From Desulfobacterales bacterium (GTDB taxonomy: Bacteria; Desulfobacterota; Desulfobacteria; Desulfobacterales; C00003060), in contig JABXJX010000004.1 in NCBI GenBank assembly GCA_013375375.1, positions 1 through 52,617 on the forward strand: 52,617 nt of DNA, written 5' to 3'. Under the pieces are notes generated by a model, which was not told the DNA's origin, did not search any database, and was given only the letters and a program-made list of their open reading frames with translations. This document shows positions 29,352-38,964 of this stretch, piece by piece (position 1 is the stretch's first letter; every line of letters starts with the position of its first letter). Both the position numbers and the translations under genes were made by a program.

Positions 29352-30605
29352 ATGATTGAAAGAAAGATATTTTCGGACCTCGTAAAACACCTCCCAAAGA
29401 AAGAAATCAGCATCATAATCGGGCCTCGACAAGCCGGCAAAACTACCCTTATGGAATTGCTCAAGGAACACCTTGATAGAAGGGGTGAGCACACGCTATA
29501 TCTGAATCTTGACATCGAATGGGACAGGCCTCATTTCGAATCGCAATCAGCACTGGTCAAGAAGATTGAATTAGAATTGGGCAGGAAGAAGGGGTTCATA
29601 TTTATTGATGAGATTCAACGGAAAGAAAACGCCGGTCTTTTCCTAAAAGGACTCTTTGATCTCAAAGTGCCTTATAAGTTTATTGTGTCCGGCTCAGGGA
29701 GTCTCGAATTAAAAGAAAAAATTCATGAATCTCTTATAGGCAGAAAGCGTTTATTTGAGTTGACAACGATTACTCTTGAAGAATTCGTAAATCATAAAAC
29801 TGATTATAAGTACAAGCAGAATCTTTCGAAATTTTTTGAAATAGAAAAAGACAAGGCCGGTCAATTATTAATGGAGTATATGAATTTTGGCGGATACCCG
29901 CGAGTGATTCTGGAGTCGGAGCAAGATGAAAAAGTTCAAATAATAGATGAAATTTATCGGAGCGTACTTGAAAAGGATATCGCCTATCTTCTAAAAGTGG
30001 ATAAAACCGAAGCGTTCAGCGGGCTTATTAAAGTCCTTTCCAGTCAAATCGGAAATCTCATCAATTACTCCGAGCTGTCATCCACGCTTAATGTTTCATA
30101 TCAGACGCTAAAGAAGTATTTATGGTATTCCCGGAAAATATTTCTCTTAGAACTCGTTTCTCCTTATGCCGGTAATGTTAGAAAAGAAATCACACGATCC
30201 CCGGTTGCGTACTTTTGGGATCTGGGACTCAGAAACTATTCCTTGGGCCTTTTTGGTCACTTGAATAGCCCCTCGGAATGCGGATTTGTTTTTCAGAATC
30301 TAATTTTTCTCTTGCTTAAAGAACAAACAAAACTCGGTTCGACCAAGCTAAATTTCTGGCGAACAAAGGACAAAGCTGAAGTTGACTTCATAATACAACG
30401 GGCAAAGACCGTCACTCCGATAGAAGTCAAGTTTAAGTCATTGAGGAAAGAAGAGGTTCCGCGTTCCCTGCGCAGCTTTATTGAAAAGTATCAACCTCAC
30501 GAGGCATTTGTTATCAATCTTGATTTTTATAAGAGAGTCAGAATTGGCAAAACCAAACTTGTATTTCTCCCCTTTTATGAACTGCTCTTCAAAAAATTGC
30601 TCTGA
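29352..30605 (+). CDS. AAA_14/DUF4143 ATP-binding protein
   Basis: GPRQAGKTT, IDEIQ, SGS, GGYP, YFWDLGLRN, EVDFI...PIEVK. Confidence 0.85.
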   Translation: MIERKIFSDLVKHLPKKEISIIIGPRQAGKTTLMELLKEHLDRRGEHTLYLNLDIEWDRPHFESQSALVKKIELELGRKKGFIFIDEIQRKENAGLFLKGLFDLKVPYKFIVSGSGSLELKEKIHESLIGRKRLFELTTITLEEFVNHKTDYKYKQNLSKFFEIEKDKAGQLLMEYMNFGGYPRVILESEQDEKVQIIDEIYRSVLEKDIAYLLKVDKTEAFSGLIKVLSSQIGNLINYSELSSTLNVSYQTLKKYLWYSRKIFLLELVSPYAGNVRKEITRSPVAYFWDLGLRNYSLGLFGHLNSPSECGFVFQNLIFLLLKEQTKLGSTKLNFWRTKDKAEVDFIIQRAKTVTPIEVKFKSLRKEEVPRSLRSFIEKYQPHEAFVINLDFYKRVRIGKTKLVFLPFYELLFKKLL

Positions 30606-30659
30606 CGGTGTGCTCTGAAAAGCAAGGGGAACTTTGTAAGGGAGACAGGGTCACAAAAA

Positions 30660-31039
30660 TAGGCAGGTAGTATTATGGGTATGATTGACTGTCCCCGGTG
30701 TGGGCAGGAAATATCAGACCAGGCAAAGTCGTGCCCGCACTACGGCTTTAGTGTCGCGGTGGCACGAGCGGGACACTATTTGGAGGGATTTCAGAAGCTC
30801 CACCCAAAGGTATACAGGGCGCTTAAATATCTCTTCATAGTTGTCATATTTGGTGTTGTTTTCTGGTTGCTTACACGGCGCTAATAAAGAAGGAACTTCG
30901 GAGAAGTATCCATGGCAGGTAGATTTGGAAAATATGGTGATTTAAAGCGTAAGGAGCGTTTGCGCAAAGCCCGCCTCAGGCCGCCTGGTCTTCAACAGCG
31001 GGGAAAGAACAAACCCTTAAAAGGGTCTCGAAAGAGCAA
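30660..31039 (+). repeat. About 380-bp direct repeat, copy 2
   Basis: Matches 28741-29145 with a small internal deletion before the micro-ORF. Confidence 0.9.
30675..30884 (+). CDS. Zinc-ribbon membrane protein, copy 2 (fourth Cys changed to Tyr)
   Basis: CPRC...CPHY. Confidence 0.6.
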   Translation: MGMIDCPRCGQEISDQAKSCPHYGFSVAVARAGHYLEGFQKLHPKVYRALKYLFIVVIFGVVFWLLTRR

Positions 31040-31064
31040 GGCCTCAGGAGGGGGACGGAAATGA
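30912..31064 (+). CDS. Basic junction micro-ORF with altered C-terminus
   Basis: MAGRFGKYGDLKRKERLRKARL...KSKASGGGRK*. Confidence 0.45.
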   Translation: MAGRFGKYGDLKRKERLRKARLRPPGLQQRGKNKPLKGSRKSKASGGGRK

Positions 31065-31104
31065 TCATGACTATTGACAATAGAATAACTGGGAGGCAGC
31101 CAGC

Positions 31105-33411
31105 ATGGCATCTGTTATTCAGTATCATGAAGGAATCAGCTCGGTTGCCGTAATCGGCAACTATTTACCCCGCCAGTGCGGCATTGCAACATTCACTACT
31201 GATCTTGTTGAGGCCTTATCGAGAGAAGCCCCCGACATAAACTGCTGGGCGGTTGCCATGAATGACAAACCCGAGGGGTATGCGTATCATGAGAAAGTGC
31301 GATTTGAGATCAACCAGAACAAACTTGCCGATTACAGTGTCGCATCGGAATTTCTCAATATCAGCCAGATTGATATTGTCTGCGTGCAGCATGAATATGG
31401 AATTTTCGGCGGACCGGCCGGTAGCCATCTCCTGAAACTTCTTGGAGAGCTTCGCATGCCGGTCGTGACAACGCTGCATACAGTCCTGAGAGATCCAGCC
31501 CCGGAATATCGTGAAGTCATGCGCAAGCTGTGTGATCTGTCCAACAAGCTGATCGTGATGAGCCGGAAGGCATTTGATTTCCTCGAAGATATCTATGCCG
31601 TGCCGGAGGAGAAAATTGCCTTTATCCATCACGGCATTCCGGATACGCCTTTTATTGATCCCAACTACTACAAAGATCAGTTCGGCGTGGAAGGCAAAAA
31701 GGTGCTTCTCACATTCGGCCTGCTTTCTCCAAAAAAGGGCATTGAAAATGTGCTGCAGGCGCTTCCGCTGGTCATCAAGAAACACCCTGATGTTAGCTAT
31801 ATTATCCTGGGAGCAACACATCCGCATATCTTGAAGGCGCATGGGGAGGAATACCGAATCAGCCTGCAGCAGCTCGTGCGTAAACTCGATGTCAGCGATC
31901 ATGTCATTTTTCAAAACCGTTTTGTTGAACTGAAAGAGTTATGTGAATATCTCGGCACCGCTGACATATATGTAACCCCCTATCTTGAAGAGGCCCAGAT
32001 CACTTCCGGGACGCTCGCCTATGCCATGGGCACCGGCAAAGCCGTCATTTCAACCCCGTACTGGTATGCGACCGAGATGCTTGCCGAAGGACGTGGAAGA
32101 ATTGTTCCATTCAGAAACCCTGATGCCCTGGCGGAACAGATCATCGACCTTCTGGACAACGAAACCGACCGGCATACGATACGCAAAAAAGCCTATACAT
32201 TCTGTCGCGAGGCGATCTGGAAGGAGGTAGCCCGAAGATATCTCGAGGTTTTCAGCGAGGCTAAGCTCGAACGTTCCCGGCACCCCCGCCCACGACACTT
32301 ATACATTGAAAACATCAAATCCATCACAAATTTCGAGCTCCCGGAAATGAAGCTTGATCACCTGAAAACCTTTACCGATGATACGGGCATTTTGCAACAT
32401 GCCACCCATACCATCCCCGATCGCAACCATGGCTACTGCATTGATGATAATGCCAGAGCGCTGATGGTTGCTGCCATGGGCCGGAAATACCTGCCCGCAG
32501 ACGGCATGTCCTTCGATTCTCTCAGCAGCCACTATCTCAGCTTCATACAGTATGCCTTCAATGTCGAAACGGGGCGGTTTCGTGATTTTATGACCTATGC
32601 AAGGCAATGGACTGAGGAAGTGGGATCCGAGGATGCTCACGGCAGGGCTCTCTGGGGCCTTGGCAAGGCTGTGGCTTTTCTTGACAATCCCGGACAGCTG
32701 GCAATGAGCACGACCCTCTTCAAGCAGGCGCTGAAGGCTGTCGAGCACTTTGATGCGCCCCGAGCCATCGCTTTTGCCCTGGTGGGCATTCATGCCTATT
32801 TGTATAAATTTTCCGGCGACAGTGAAGTGCGCGGAGTTCGAGAAATCCTTGCAGATAGGCTTTTCAATAAGTTCACGAACAATGCAACAGAAAGCTGGCC
32901 ATGGCTTGAAAGCACCTTAAGCTATGCCAACGGCAAGCTGCCCCATGCCCTGCTCCTGTCCGGCCAATGGATGCAGCGCAGTGATATGATCGATAAGGGG
33001 CTCATATCCCTTAAGTGGCTGCTCACCACCCAGACCGAAGACAACCACTTTGTGCCGATCGGCAATAAAGGATGGTATGAACAAGGCGGCCCCAGGGCTC
33101 GTTTCGACCAGCAGCCCATCGAGGCTAATGCCATGATCGAGGCCTGTGTGGAAGCCTTTAACGTCACCCGGGACAAAACATGGATCGACAGTGCGGTTAT
33201 GTGCTTTAACTGGTTTCTCGGACACAACGATCTGAATATGCCGCTCTATGATCCCAAGACCGGGGGCTGCCGCGACGGTCTGATGGCTGACGGCATTAAC
33301 CAGAATGAAGGGGCCGAGTCGTCGCTTGCCTGGCTGCTTTCGCTTATAGCCTTGCAAAAGCTTTATGCCGACGAGATTTTAAAACAATCATCGTCCCAAT
33401 CAACCGGTTAA
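31105..33411 (+). CDS. GT4 glycosyltransferase with C-terminal six-hairpin glycosidase-like domain
   Basis: YLPRQCGIATFT, QHEYGIFG, FGLLSPKKG, TSGTLAYA; GYCIDDNARAL, FDQQPIE, NQNEGAES. Confidence 0.85.
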   Translation: MASVIQYHEGISSVAVIGNYLPRQCGIATFTTDLVEALSREAPDINCWAVAMNDKPEGYAYHEKVRFEINQNKLADYSVASEFLNISQIDIVCVQHEYGIFGGPAGSHLLKLLGELRMPVVTTLHTVLRDPAPEYREVMRKLCDLSNKLIVMSRKAFDFLEDIYAVPEEKIAFIHHGIPDTPFIDPNYYKDQFGVEGKKVLLTFGLLSPKKGIENVLQALPLVIKKHPDVSYIILGATHPHILKAHGEEYRISLQQLVRKLDVSDHVIFQNRFVELKELCEYLGTADIYVTPYLEEAQITSGTLAYAMGTGKAVISTPYWYATEMLAEGRGRIVPFRNPDALAEQIIDLLDNETDRHTIRKKAYTFCREAIWKEVARRYLEVFSEAKLERSRHPRPRHLYIENIKSITNFELPEMKLDHLKTFTDDTGILQHATHTIPDRNHGYCIDDNARALMVAAMGRKYLPADGMSFDSLSSHYLSFIQYAFNVETGRFRDFMTYARQWTEEVGSEDAHGRALWGLGKAVAFLDNPGQLAMSTTLFKQALKAVEHFDAPRAIAFALVGIHAYLYKFSGDSEVRGVREILADRLFNKFTNNATESWPWLESTLSYANGKLPHALLLSGQWMQRSDMIDKGLISLKWLLTTQTEDNHFVPIGNKGWYEQGGPRARFDQQPIEANAMIEACVEAFNVTRDKTWIDSAVMCFNWFLGHNDLNMPLYDPKTGGCRDGLMADGINQNEGAESSLAWLLSLIALQKLYADEILKQSSSQSTG

Positions 33412-33422
33412 CATAAAGGGTT

Positions 33423-33574
33423 GATGAACTCGCAAAAAGTCGTCAATTGGACGGCACAGTAAAAAGCTCCAGATGCAAGGCGCGCTAGTCTTGAGGAATG
33501 AGGTCCGCCTCAGGCGGATCGCAATGACGAAAGATGAAGCGCAACGCCGCAGATGGACTTTTTACGAAGCCGTA
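33423..33574. mobile_element. MITE-like element with flanking direct repeats
   Basis: GATGAACTCGCAAAAAGT ... ACTTTTTACGAAGCCGT; taaagggtt at 33414 and 33573. Confidence 0.65.
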
Positions 33575-33587
33575 AAGGGTTTTAGAT

Positions 33588-34610
33588 ATGCGCATTGCAG
33601 TGCTCTCGCCGATTGCCTGGCGCACGCCGCCGCGACACTACGGTCCGTGGGAGAGCGTGGTCTCCCTTTTGACCGAAGGGCTGGTATCGCGAGGCTATGA
33701 TGTTACCCTTTTTGCGACCGGTGATTCAAAAACAAGCGGCAAGCTGCATGCCGTTTGCAAGCAAGGCTATGAAGAAGACCGCTCTGTGATGCCAAAAGTA
33801 TGGGAGTGCCTGCACATTTCGGAACTCTTTGAGCATGCTGAAGATTTCGATATTATACATAACAATTTTGACTTTTTGCCCTTGACCTATACCGGCCTTA
33901 TCACCACCCCGGTCGTTACCACCATTCACGGCTTTTCATCGCCCGGGATTCTGCCGGTTTATAAAAAATACAACCGCAAGGTGTTCTATGTTTCCATCAG
34001 CGATGCCGACCGGTCGCCGGAGCTTGACTATATAAAAACCATCCATCACGGCATAGATATAAAGCAGTTTGATTTTCAGCCTGAGCCGGACGATTACCTG
34101 CTTTTTTTCGGGCGCATTCACCATGACAAGGGTGCCAGAGAGGCCCTTGAAATTGCCAGGGGCTGCAATAAAAAGCTGATATTGGCGGGAATCATGCAAG
34201 ACGAAGCCTACTATCACCAGTACGTCGAACCGCACCTGGACAACCGAAATGCGGTCTACGTCGGTCCCGCCGGGCCGGTGCAGCGCAACCAGCTGCTTGG
34301 CAAGGCATACGCGCTTCTGCACCCCATAAATTTCAATGAGCCTTTCGGCCTGTCCGTTATTGAGTCCATGGCCTGCGGCACCCCGGTGATCGCCTTTAAC
34401 AAGGGGAGCATGCCCGAGTTGATCGAGCATGGCAAAAACGGCTTCCTGGTTTCGGGCTGCGAAGAGGCTGTTGAACATGTAGTCAGGATAAAGGATATAA
34501 ATAGATCGGACTGTCGCCGGACGGTCGAAGACCGCTTTACCGCAGACAGTATGGTCGAGAAATATATAGACGTTTACACACAGGTGCTTGAAAAGGCACC
34601 TAAGTATTAG
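33588..34610 (+). CDS. GT4 glycosyltransferase
   Basis: PPRHYG, GRI...KG, EPFGLSVIESMACGTPVI. Confidence 0.9.
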   Translation: MRIAVLSPIAWRTPPRHYGPWESVVSLLTEGLVSRGYDVTLFATGDSKTSGKLHAVCKQGYEEDRSVMPKVWECLHISELFEHAEDFDIIHNNFDFLPLTYTGLITTPVVTTIHGFSSPGILPVYKKYNRKVFYVSISDADRSPELDYIKTIHHGIDIKQFDFQPEPDDYLLFFGRIHHDKGAREALEIARGCNKKLILAGIMQDEAYYHQYVEPHLDNRNAVYVGPAGPVQRNQLLGKAYALLHPINFNEPFGLSVIESMACGTPVIAFNKGSMPELIEHGKNGFLVSGCEEAVEHVVRIKDINRSDCRRTVEDRFTADSMVEKYIDVYTQVLEKAPKY

Positions 34611-34691
34611 CTGACAGCCAGGTGATGCTCCACGCGGTCCCGATGAATCGGGACAGGGCATGCGCGGCACGCTCCAGGCAATCAAAATTGA

Positions 34692-34832
34692 GGGTGCCTC
34701 TAAAAATTAGGATACCGGCCCGAGTTCAAGGCATGCGAAAATTTTAACCGCAGGAATACTCATAGTATTTCGAGGATTACAATTTGAGCATAACGCAGAA
34801 ATCGAGTTGATAGACAATTTTTAGAGGTGGCC
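34692..34832. mobile_element. MITE-like element with possible TTGA target duplication
   Basis: GGGTGCCTCTAAAAATT ... AATTTTTAGAGGTGGCC flanked by ttga on both sides. Confidence 0.65.
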
Positions 34833-34862
34833 TTGAGCATCGATAATGATAAGGTGCAGGAC

Positions 34863-35807
34863 ATGAACAGAAAAGACCCCCTTGTGAAGCGATATGACGG
34901 GAACCCCATCCTTACCAGGGATGACGTCCCCTACCCGGTAGCCACTGTTCACAATGCCGGGGTTATTAAACACAATGACCGGTATATAATGCTTTTCAGG
35001 TCACATCTCCACAACGGCCGCTCTGTAATCGGCCGGGCTGAAAGCGCAGACGGTTTTTCCTTTTCTGTTCATCCCGAGCCGTTCCTTGTGCCGTCACACG
35101 ATGGCAGCATATTTGCCGAATACGAAGAGTTCGGGGTGGAGGACCTCCGCATAAACCCCGTGGATGGCGAATATCTTCTTGCCTACAATGCATACTCCCG
35201 GCATGGGGTGCGCATAGCACTTGCCCGGACAAAGGACTTTAAGAACATTGAGCGAATCTCGCTAATAACCCAGGCCGACCTTCGCAACGTCGTCATTTTT
35301 CCTGTAAAGTTCGGTAGCCGGTATGCGCGTCTTGACCGGCCGCATTCCGAAATCTCACCCTGGTCTATCTGGATTTCCTATTCCCCGGACCTGGTTCACT
35401 GGGGCGATTCACGGGTGATTATGAAGCCGGTTCCCTATCACTGGGATGAAATGAAAATCGGGCCCGGCGCACCGCCCTTCAAAACCGACAAGGGCTGGCT
35501 GCATATTTACCATGGAGTCTTTAAGACTATGGCCGGGGCGGTGTATCGCCTTGGCGCGGCCCTGCACAGTCTTAATGATCCGGCAAGAATCATCGGCGTT
35601 TCCGATCACTGGATACTGCAGCCCGAAGATCCCTGGGAGGTGAGCGGCTATGTGCCCAATGTTGTTTTTACCTGCGGCGCCGTTCCTGAAGACGACGGTA
35701 CGGTAAAAATATACTGGGGCGGTGCTGATACCGTCATGTGCGCCGGCACGGCAGTGATTGATGACCTGGTGCAGTTATGTCTGACAGATACCAGGTCAGC
35801 GCTGTAA
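34863..35807 (+). CDS. GH130 glycoside hydrolase/beta-mannoside phosphorylase
   Basis: NPIL, HNAG, GVEDLRI, KIGPGAPP, GYVPNVVF, YWGGADT. Confidence 0.9.
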   Translation: MNRKDPLVKRYDGNPILTRDDVPYPVATVHNAGVIKHNDRYIMLFRSHLHNGRSVIGRAESADGFSFSVHPEPFLVPSHDGSIFAEYEEFGVEDLRINPVDGEYLLAYNAYSRHGVRIALARTKDFKNIERISLITQADLRNVVIFPVKFGSRYARLDRPHSEISPWSIWISYSPDLVHWGDSRVIMKPVPYHWDEMKIGPGAPPFKTDKGWLHIYHGVFKTMAGAVYRLGAALHSLNDPARIIGVSDHWILQPEDPWEVSGYVPNVVFTCGAVPEDDGTVKIYWGGADTVMCAGTAVIDDLVQLCLTDTRSAL

Positions 35808-35859
35808 GAAAGCAAAGGGACATTTTCAAATCAACATATTCATCAAGGAGTCATGTCTG

Positions 35860-37338
35860 ATGCCAGAAAAAATACTATCGCGTCCAAGAATCAAACGTAA
35901 AAAGACAAGAATTGAGGGGGACGCTTCACGCGTTATAACCCGCACTCATATTCCCCACGGCGCGCATCGCATACCCAAAATCATTCAACGCATAGTGGAC
36001 TTGCCTGACACGACGGCCGAAGATCTTCTTGCACAAATAATGCTTGATTTTTCCGGGCGGCACAAAGACATCAGACGAGTTTTTGAGCGTAGCCTGAATG
36101 AGGTAAGAGATCATGTTCCTCGGGATGCCGTGCTCAGCGGGACCAAAAGGGCTCTCATCGGGGCCTATTTTACGATGGAGTACTCCATTGAATCGGCTGC
36201 CCTTTTTAACCCGTCAATCGTCCTCCACCCTGATCAAAGCCATCTGGACAAAGGCAGCTTGCGCTTTATCATGAGCCTGAGGGCAATCGGCGAAGGTCAT
36301 GTTTCCTCTATTGTATTTCGCAGCGGCGTCCTTGACCGGGACAATACGTTTATCTTCGACCCGACCAGCGATTATGTCGAAAGGCCGGACGCCCGTTTAA
36401 ATCCGGTTTACGACCGGCACCTCTTCCAGCTGAAGCTCGACGAAATGGAGGCCTCCAATGGCATAACAGCTCGTATTCTTGACCAGTTACCGGAAGATTT
36501 CACCTATGATGATTTAAATGAAAAAATCCGAGCGCTTCGCGAAAGACCCATTTCCTCTGAGGCGCGCCAAAACGCAACCTTCGAAATCATGTACTGGCTT
36601 GCCAATTCCAATTATGAGATGAATTTCCGACCCGATCACAAAATATCCGAACGGGTTATCTTTCCAGTTTCGGAAAACGAAAGCAGCGGCATTGAAGACG
36701 CCCGGTTCGTGCAATTTCTTGATGACAACGGTGAGGGCACCTATTATGCGACCTATACGGCTTATAATGGTTTTACAATCCTCCCGCAGCTGATTGAAAC
36801 AAAGGATTTTATCAAATTTAAAGTTATGACGCTCAACGGCAAAGCCATACAAAACAAGGGGATGGCTCTTTTTCCTCGTAGAATTGACGGCAGCTACGTT
36901 ATGCTCTCGCGCCAGGACGGTGAAAATAGTCATATCATGTTCTCAGACAATATCCATTTCTGGCAGGAGTCAGAAATCATCCAGGAGCCAACATGGCCCT
37001 GGGAATTCATTCAGATCGGCAACTGCGGCTCACCGCTGGAAACCGATAAAGGCTGGATTGTGCTCACCCACGGTGTCGGGCCCATGCGGCAGTATTGCAT
37101 CGGCGCCATGCTGCTTGATCTTGAAAACCCGGCAAGAATCATCGCCCGCCTTGAAGAGCCGTTACTTACCCCACGCGAGGAAGAGCGCGAGGGGTATGTC
37201 CCCAATGTCGTCTATACCTGCGGCGCGATTTTCCATCATGACGACCTCGTCATCCCCTATGGCATGTCTGATATTACATGCGGCATAGCAACTGTTAAAG
37301 TAAGCGAATTGATTAACTGCATGCAAACGGTAGCTTGA
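35860..37338 (+). CDS. GH130-family protein with N-terminal extension
   Basis: EYSIESAALFNPS, GIEDARFV, NKGMALFPR, IGNCGSP, GYVPNVVY. Confidence 0.85.
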   Translation: MPEKILSRPRIKRKKTRIEGDASRVITRTHIPHGAHRIPKIIQRIVDLPDTTAEDLLAQIMLDFSGRHKDIRRVFERSLNEVRDHVPRDAVLSGTKRALIGAYFTMEYSIESAALFNPSIVLHPDQSHLDKGSLRFIMSLRAIGEGHVSSIVFRSGVLDRDNTFIFDPTSDYVERPDARLNPVYDRHLFQLKLDEMEASNGITARILDQLPEDFTYDDLNEKIRALRERPISSEARQNATFEIMYWLANSNYEMNFRPDHKISERVIFPVSENESSGIEDARFVQFLDDNGEGTYYATYTAYNGFTILPQLIETKDFIKFKVMTLNGKAIQNKGMALFPRRIDGSYVMLSRQDGENSHIMFSDNIHFWQESEIIQEPTWPWEFIQIGNCGSPLETDKGWIVLTHGVGPMRQYCIGAMLLDLENPARIIARLEEPLLTPREEEREGYVPNVVYTCGAIFHHDDLVIPYGMSDITCGIATVKVSELINCMQTVA

Positions 37339-37367
37339 TGATCTTGGGGGACTAGTCCTTTTACTAT

Positions 37368-37624
37368 GGGGGACATCTTTAGTTTTCCAGTTTCCAGGCA
37401 ATCCTTTTAGAGCCGGTTCTTGATGGCAAGAAAGTCGAAGATAGAGGCACCTGGGGAAGCCCCGTGCGGAAGCACGGGGAGGCTTCACATTCGGCATTGT
37501 AAGTATGTCGAACAAGTTTGAAGAATGACTAAAATCCATCCTTTTGGGAGGAGATTTTCTTATGGGGAAAGTTTGGGGACGCCCTTTAGTTTTACAGTTT
37601 CCAAGAGGTTTGACCCCATCTATC
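37368..37624. repeat. Composite junction (GGGGAC ends, family B linker start, TTTGACCCC end)
   Basis: ggggacatctttagttttccagtttcca..aatcctttt; ggggacgccctttagttttacagtttccaag; aggtttgaccccatctatc. Confidence 0.7.
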
Positions 37625-37647
37625 TAAATGAAAAAGGAGACGGTTAA

Positions 37648-38610
37648 ATGATCGAGGAGATTACCGCGCAAGAGCTTAACACAGAAAACTTCATCGATGA
37701 GAAGGTTAAAGAAATCCAACAAGTTGTTAGGGACGGAATGGCGATCAATGCACTCTCGGGAGGCGTCGATTCATCCACGGTCACGATGCTCGGCCATCGC
37801 GCCCTGGGGGACCGCCTTAAGACCGTGTTTATCGAAAACGGTCTTATGCGTGAGGGAGAGTCCGAAAAGGTTGTCGGTCTTTTTAAAAAGCTTGGGGTCA
37901 CGGTTGACGTTGTCGATGCACAAAAAGAATTCTTTGCCGCACTCGAAGGCATCACGGATCCGGAAGAGAAGCGCGAAGCGATTACCCAGGCTTTTTACCG
38001 AGACGTATTCGGACGCCTCGTTAAGGAAAGTGGCGCACAACACCTTCTCCAGGGAACCATATTGACCGATATCGACGAAACCGTCGCAGGGATAAAACGG
38101 CAACACAATGTCTTTGAGCAGCTCGGAATCGACCCGGAAGAGGCTTTTGGCTATCACATCATCGAACCGCTCATTCAGCTTCGCAAAGACGGCGTTAGAA
38201 AAGTTGGTGAGGCTCTGGGGCTCCCGGCAGAGGCCTTTGACCGCATTCCATTCCCGGGTCCGGCACTCGCGGCACGTGTGATCGGTGAAATAACCCCGGA
38301 GCGCATCGAGACGGTTCGAAAGGCAACCGTTGTGGTCGAACGGTTGCTCAAGGACACGGGTGCATTCCAGTATATGGCGATCCTGCATAAAGACCGTCTG
38401 ACCGGCATGCGTGACGGATTGCGTGATTTTGGTCAGCAGATCGAGGTGCGTTGCTGGGAGAGTATCGACGCGCGGGTCGCAACACCGACACCGCTTTCTT
38501 TCAAAATCCTCGAGGAACTCGCCAGCGAGATTATCCGCGATGTGCCAGGTATCGTCAGTGTCACGTACAACATAGCCCCGAAACCCCCTTCAACGATCGA
38601 AGCGGTCTGA
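37648..38610 (+). CDS. guaA: GMP synthase ATP-pyrophosphatase subunit, stand-alone (no GATase domain)
   Basis: ALSGGVDSS, DPEEKR, LLQGT, IK.QHNV, PFPGPALAARV, KPPSTIE. Confidence 0.85.
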   Translation: MIEEITAQELNTENFIDEKVKEIQQVVRDGMAINALSGGVDSSTVTMLGHRALGDRLKTVFIENGLMREGESEKVVGLFKKLGVTVDVVDAQKEFFAALEGITDPEEKREAITQAFYRDVFGRLVKESGAQHLLQGTILTDIDETVAGIKRQHNVFEQLGIDPEEAFGYHIIEPLIQLRKDGVRKVGEALGLPAEAFDRIPFPGPALAARVIGEITPERIETVRKATVVVERLLKDTGAFQYMAILHKDRLTGMRDGLRDFGQQIEVRCWESIDARVATPTPLSFKILEELASEIIRDVPGIVSVTYNIAPKPPSTIEAV

Positions 38611-38622
38611 CAGTAACGTAAA

Positions 38623-38850
38623 GGGGTCAAGTCTACGCTTGACTCTTAGTCAGGAAGGGGAGAGAGACCCGGTTCATGATGGCAAGAAAAAGGGTCCCGA
38701 AAGAGCAAAGTGCCACGCGGAGTTCAAACGGAAGAGCGATAAAAAAGGATCAAATGTTGAAGAAACAAGAGGGGTCAGACCTACACATTTGACAAAAATC
38801 AGTTTCTGTCAAGGCAAGAAGAACAGGGTCACATCTTAAATATTAACTAT
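38623..38850. repeat. Composite junction with three GGGTCA ends and a family B linker
   Basis: Ends at 38623, 38771 and 38825; linker gcaagaaaagggtcccgaaagagcaaagtgcc. Confidence 0.8.
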
Positions 38851-38964
38851 CTTTTAAGGAGTGCAGATAAGGCTATTTGACCACTACTGGCATGTCTGGG
38901 AAACGTTGAGCAATGCGAAGGGCTTGCTTGGCCCGATCTTCGATAATCTACGAGAGGTGCTGGT

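Noticed and set aside
33473-33700. 75-aa ORF before the second glycosyltransferase
   Set aside because: It starts within the MITE-like element and overlaps the real gene out of frame.
38639-38839. 66-aa ORF, and similar ORFs at 17046-17312, 37162-37539 and 46434-46775
   Set aside because: They are translations of junction repeats without RBS or consistent frames between copies.
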